Both the position numbers and the translations under genes were made by a program. The notes below the pieces were generated by a model. The model made no database searches, was not told the DNA's origin, and saw nothing but the letters and a program-made list of their open reading frames with translations. This document shows, one piece after another, positions 59,876-64,000 of a stretch of DNA of 64,000 nt (position 1 is its first letter; each line of letters begins with the position of its first letter). The stretch is from Scyliorhinus canicula (lineage: Eukaryota). The stretch covers positions 21,042,000-21,105,999 of the forward strand of contig NC_052150.1 of the NCBI RefSeq assembly GCF_902713615.1, read 5' to 3'.

Positions 59876-60189
59876 TAAGTGAAGAGTGCAATGTTGTACA
59901 TTAAGGAGGTGGACTGAACTCTACCCTATCCAACAGCATTCCAAAATCTGAGTTGCACTCGGAAGCCTTCTGCGCTCGAAAGCAAGTTCTTGTTATCTCT
60001 TCTTGTGCCTCCCACAGGTGCTGTCATTGAGGCACAAAGACCATTACTGCACCAAGTGCTGCCAAAGCAGAGCTCAAAACAAGAACCGTTACACCTTACA
60101 TACCGACCCTCCCCCAGCACAGATAACACTACCTCAGTGTGCTGTTGATTACAATTAGAGAGGGTGACATTGGCTGATGAGCACATCAT

Positions 60190-62720
60190 GGATGCGATTC
60201 TTAAAAAAGGTTTCTCCATGTGGAAGTGAGCGGGAACTGAAGCGAGCTTCCTGGCGCTCGGCACAGCGAGACCGTCACTGCAATATAAAGTTAATAGGTC
60301 CACTTAAGGAGGCCCCATGAGCTTCACGCCGCAAATGAAGGCTCGCCAGCCGATTTGCCGGGACTGCGCTCGCCAGCCCCCCACTAACAAGATCGAGCAG
60401 CACTTAAACTGCCCGTAAACAGCCAACCCCAATCAGCTCGCAGCCAAGGCACCGTGTCAACCGGCCCCACGGTTCGGGGATTCAGACCTGGGGAGGCTCT
60501 TAGAGGCAGTGGAGGCCAGGAAGGATATCCTGTTCCCTGAGGGTCCTGGAGTGTGAGCCGCAGGCAACCAGTGCCGTCTGGGATGAAGTGGCAGCGGCTG
60601 TCAGCTGGTGCAGTATGACCAGGAAGACCTGAACTATGCGTGCGGCTAACGATGTCCTCTCTGTGTCTTCGCAGGAGATGCTGTCCCACAACCTTCGGGA
60701 GAGGGCCCAGACTGGCGGCGGGTTGCCTGACATTAGAATCCTCACCACCTTCGAGGAACAGGCCCTGGAAGGTACGGTGGTGGCGAGGACAGAGCGGTCA
60801 CCAACATGGAGGTCAGTGCACGCCGCAGGGGTGAGGATCCTCCGAGCCCCACCCAGATGGACTGTCACACGTGAGTTGTAATTGCCATACTGAATGACCC
60901 ATCCCTACCACTGACCACATGTCCATTCTCCCCCAGGACCTCCAGCCAATGGCGCCGGCCCATCCAGGGTTGTCCTCCCCCCCCCCCCCCCCACCCCCAT
61001 GAGACCACCTTGGAGGAATGCTCCGAGGATGCCACCATAGATGCGTCACAGCTGCCATCCCACCCTCCGCCAACACAGAGACACACCTCTGTGGGCAACG
61101 TTAGTGGACAGGCTTTTGGGGAACATTCTGGTCAGCACCACATAGTTACACATCAGGTGGAGGCAGTAAAGTCCAGGAGAGACAGCAGTTGGAGGTCAGT
61201 TGGATCCAGGACCCAGCTGGGTCCCAGTCAGATGCTGAGCCTCTGGACCAAGTTTCCCCGGAGCTGATAGAGACGTTAGAGAGTGGCCGTGACATTCAGA
61301 GGGAGATTTCAGCTACACTCCAGCAGGTGCATAGCTGAATGGAGGAGTCCCATGGCTACGGGCGCTGGAGATGTTGCCTGCAATGCCTGGCACCTGGGTC
61401 AACACTGTTAGGGTGGGGACCGCAGTGGAGAGCTGGGTGCATGGCATCAGCGGCATTAGTAGAGATGTCCAAGGCATGGCGCAGTCAGTGAGGGCCATAG
61501 CTGAGGGCCTTAGTAGACTGCCCGACTCGATGGGGGACGTGAGCCAGTACCAGGCCGACCTTGATGAGGTTCTCCAAGACATGTCCCACTCTCAGATGGG
61601 AATAGCCGAGGTGCTGAGGAACTTGTCCCAGTCACAGGTGGGCATTGCCGAGACGCTGCAGAGCATGTCCCACTCACTGAGGAGCATCACCGAGGGTGTC
61701 GACACGATGGTGCAGATATTGGGGATCTGCCAGGATTCGCAGGGTCAGATGATTCTGGGGCAGCCGGGGCTCAAACCAGCTGCCCCACCGTCCTGAGCTG
61801 AACCCCAGTGCCCTAAAGGTACCAATCAGGAGGAGGAGGTACTGGGTGCCAACCCAGAGCTGACCCATGTGCTGCCGTCAAGTGTGCCGGGGCCCTCCAG
61901 CCCCAGTGCCCCCAGAGGACGCCCGCCAGGGGCTCGAAGATCATGGGATGTGGTTAGGAGGTGGCTGCCTGCAACTCTGATGCAGTGGCAGAGCAAGGAT
62001 GGCTAAGCATGTTGAGGATCACTGTGGGCACTGGGGGAGGGGAGAAGAGGGGGATGGGTAGGTGGTTTGGGGGAAAGTGTGCGTTGGGGGGAGGGTGAGG
62101 GGGTGGTGGGCAGAGTGGGGTAGCACTATAGGGAAAGTAGGGCTTTGTTGGGCACTTGTGAAACATTAAAACGTTAAAAAGCCTTCACGACCACCAGTAT
62201 GACGCCCGTCACTTTCCTCAATTATGCGGGTGGACTTCCTAACCCCCGAGCCTTGCCCATCTCCCCTGGCATGGGGGTTCCACTCCTGCCTCCCCTGCCC
62301 CCAGGCTCACTGCATGCAGGTGATGGGTGTGAGCGAGCACTCAGCAGACAGGCAGGACTCAGAGCGTGGCAGAGAGTGAGGAGCACCAGCGCTCAGCCGT
62401 CTGCGGGTTGTCACCACCCCCCCTGCCCTCGACAGTGCCCAAGCTGACAAGTGGTGACCCAGTCCCAGCACCCTTGGATTGATGTAACACTGACCCTGGG
62501 AGGGTGGGAAATTGGGGGAGGAGGGGACAGGAGCATTGATGGACCGGGCCACGTCCTATGTGAAGCAGGTGCGTATGAAGAACTCCCTGGCTCTCCCGGC
62601 TTGCTGGGCCCTTGCCACTGCCGCCTGTACTGCAGCCTCCGGCTGATACTCCGGTTCCTCCCTGGACTCATCCTCCAGCCCTGCTGGTCCAACGCCTCCT
62701 CATCAGCCTCGTTCTCCCTC
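60190..62720. mobile_element. PIF/Harbinger transposon remnant: spliced Myb/SANT-like gene (+) convergent with the transposase 3' end (-)
   Basis: TIR-like GGATGCGATTCT at about 60190. PRFGDSDLGRLLEAVEARKDILFP*...AVWDEVAAAVS at 60465-60605. Exon EMLSHNLRERAQTGGGLPDIRILTTFEEQALE. Heptad ORF 61371-61796. Minus strand acidic tract then AAVARAQQAGRAREFFIRTCFT* ending at about 62556. Confidence 0.85.
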
Positions 62721-63404
62721 TCATATCAGAGTTCCCTGAGGCAGTGTCCTGTCATAGACAGCGAATGGAGAAGAATATCCAACTCATGTGTGCCACTATG
62801 TTTCAGGGCTTTGCGCACATGAGATCCTCCACTAAGAGAGTTGCCGACCTCATTTTTTAGAATTCATTCATGGGATGTAGTTATTGCTAACATTTTAATT
62901 TAATGCTAACATTTTAATTTAATAAAAATGTGGTATTAGAAGTTGAATGAACACCATGAAACCATTGTCAATAAAATAATAATCTTCATTATTGTCACAA
63001 GTAGGCTTACAGTAACACTGCAGTCCAATTCACCTAACAGCCCGTCTTTCGGGACTTGTGGGAGGAAACCGGAGCACCCGGAGGAAACCCACGCAGACAC
63101 GGAGGGAATGGCAAGGCCAGCATTCATTGTCCATCTGTAATTTACCATTAACGGAGTGCCTTGCCAGGCTATTTCAGAGGGCATTTAAGTATCAAGAACA
63201 TTCCTGTGGCTGTGGAGTCACCAGGTAAGGATGGCAGATTTCCTTCCTTCAAGGACATAAGTGAACCAGATAGGTTCCCACGGTAGCACAGTGGTTATCA
63301 CTGTTGCTTCACAGTGCCAGGGTCCCAGGTTCGATTCCTGGCTTGGGTCACTGTCTGTGCGCAGTCTGCACATTCCCCCCGTGTCTGCGTGGGTTCATGG
63401 CCTC

Positions 63405-63770
63405 AATTCCACCATCCTGCCTGTTCTCCATAGCCCTTCAACTCATTACTAATTAAAAATCTGTCTAACTCCTCCTTACATTTATTCACTGTCGCTGCAT
63501 GCACCGCACTCTGAGGTAGCAAATTCCACAGATTCACAACCCTTTCTGAGAAGTATTTTCTCCTCATCTCCGTTTTGAATTTGCTGCCCCTTATTCTGAG
63601 ACTATGACCTTTCGTTCTAGAATGTCCTACAAGAGGAAGCATCCTCCCCATGTTTACTTTATCCATACCTTTTATCATCTTATATACCTCAATTAGATCT
63701 CCCCTCATTCTTCTAAACTCTAGAGTAAAGGCTTAAACCGCTGAATGTCTCTTCATACGACAAACCCCTC
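63405..63770 (-). mobile_element. CR1 LINE 3' fragment
   Basis: ORF 63403-63708 MRGDLIEVYKMIKG...RTKGHSLRIRG...RVVNLWNLLP. Confidence 0.9.
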
Positions 63771-64000
63771 GGGCGAAATTCTCCGACCCCCACGACGGGT
63801 CGGAGAATAGCGGGAGGGCCTTCCCGACATTTTTCCCGCCCTCCAGCTATTCTCCCCCACCCCCCGCCCAACTCCCGACCCGAATCGCTGCCGCCGTTTT
63901 TTTTACGGCCGGCAGCGATTCACAGCTGTTCGATGGGCCGAAGTCCCAGCCCTTTACGCCGTTGTTACGAACGGCTAACACACCTGGTCTGGCCGTTCGT
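63771..64000. mobile_element. GC-rich Harbinger-type MITE (runs off the window)
   Basis: GGGCGAAATTCTCC terminus and the same subterminal layout as 21051-21614. Confidence 0.85.

Noticed and set aside
60440-62720. Domesticated NAIF1/HARBI1 host genes
   Set aside because: In-frame stops and frameshifts, a truncated transposase and a TIR-like end indicate a transposon remnant.
62885-62922. 19-bp direct duplication TGCTAACATTTTAATTTAA
   Set aside because: Simple local tandem duplication with no spacer structure.
1-64000. CRISPR array, operon or other prokaryotic/viral system
   Set aside because: No regularly spaced repeats, operon-like gene density or viral structural ORFs. The sequence is vertebrate repeat-rich DNA.

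Overview
Repeat-dense vertebrate DNA, almost certainly from a cartilaginous fish. A catshark-like genome is inferred from the HE1/V-type tRNA-derived SINEs, CR1 LINEs, a DeuSINE remnant and GC-rich Harbinger-type MITEs. No host gene could be identified by name. Most of the 64 kb is nested transposon debris: about 30 SINE copies or fragments in three tail classes; CR1, L2, RTE, Vingi-like and Penelope fragments; several LTRs and a Gypsy remnant; a 4-kb hAT transposon with both TIRs and an 8-bp TSD (33157-37161); and a Harbinger remnant with convergent Myb/SANT and transposase genes (about 60190-62720). Nearly all ORFs in the supplied track are by-products of these repeats. The best non-repeat candidates are a two-exon 82/83-aa ORF on the minus strand (52394-52870) with strong splice and start signals, and a set of minus-strand exon-like segments at 2-10 kb. 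Family names come from recalled consensus features, not database searches. Boundaries of decayed repeats are approximate.
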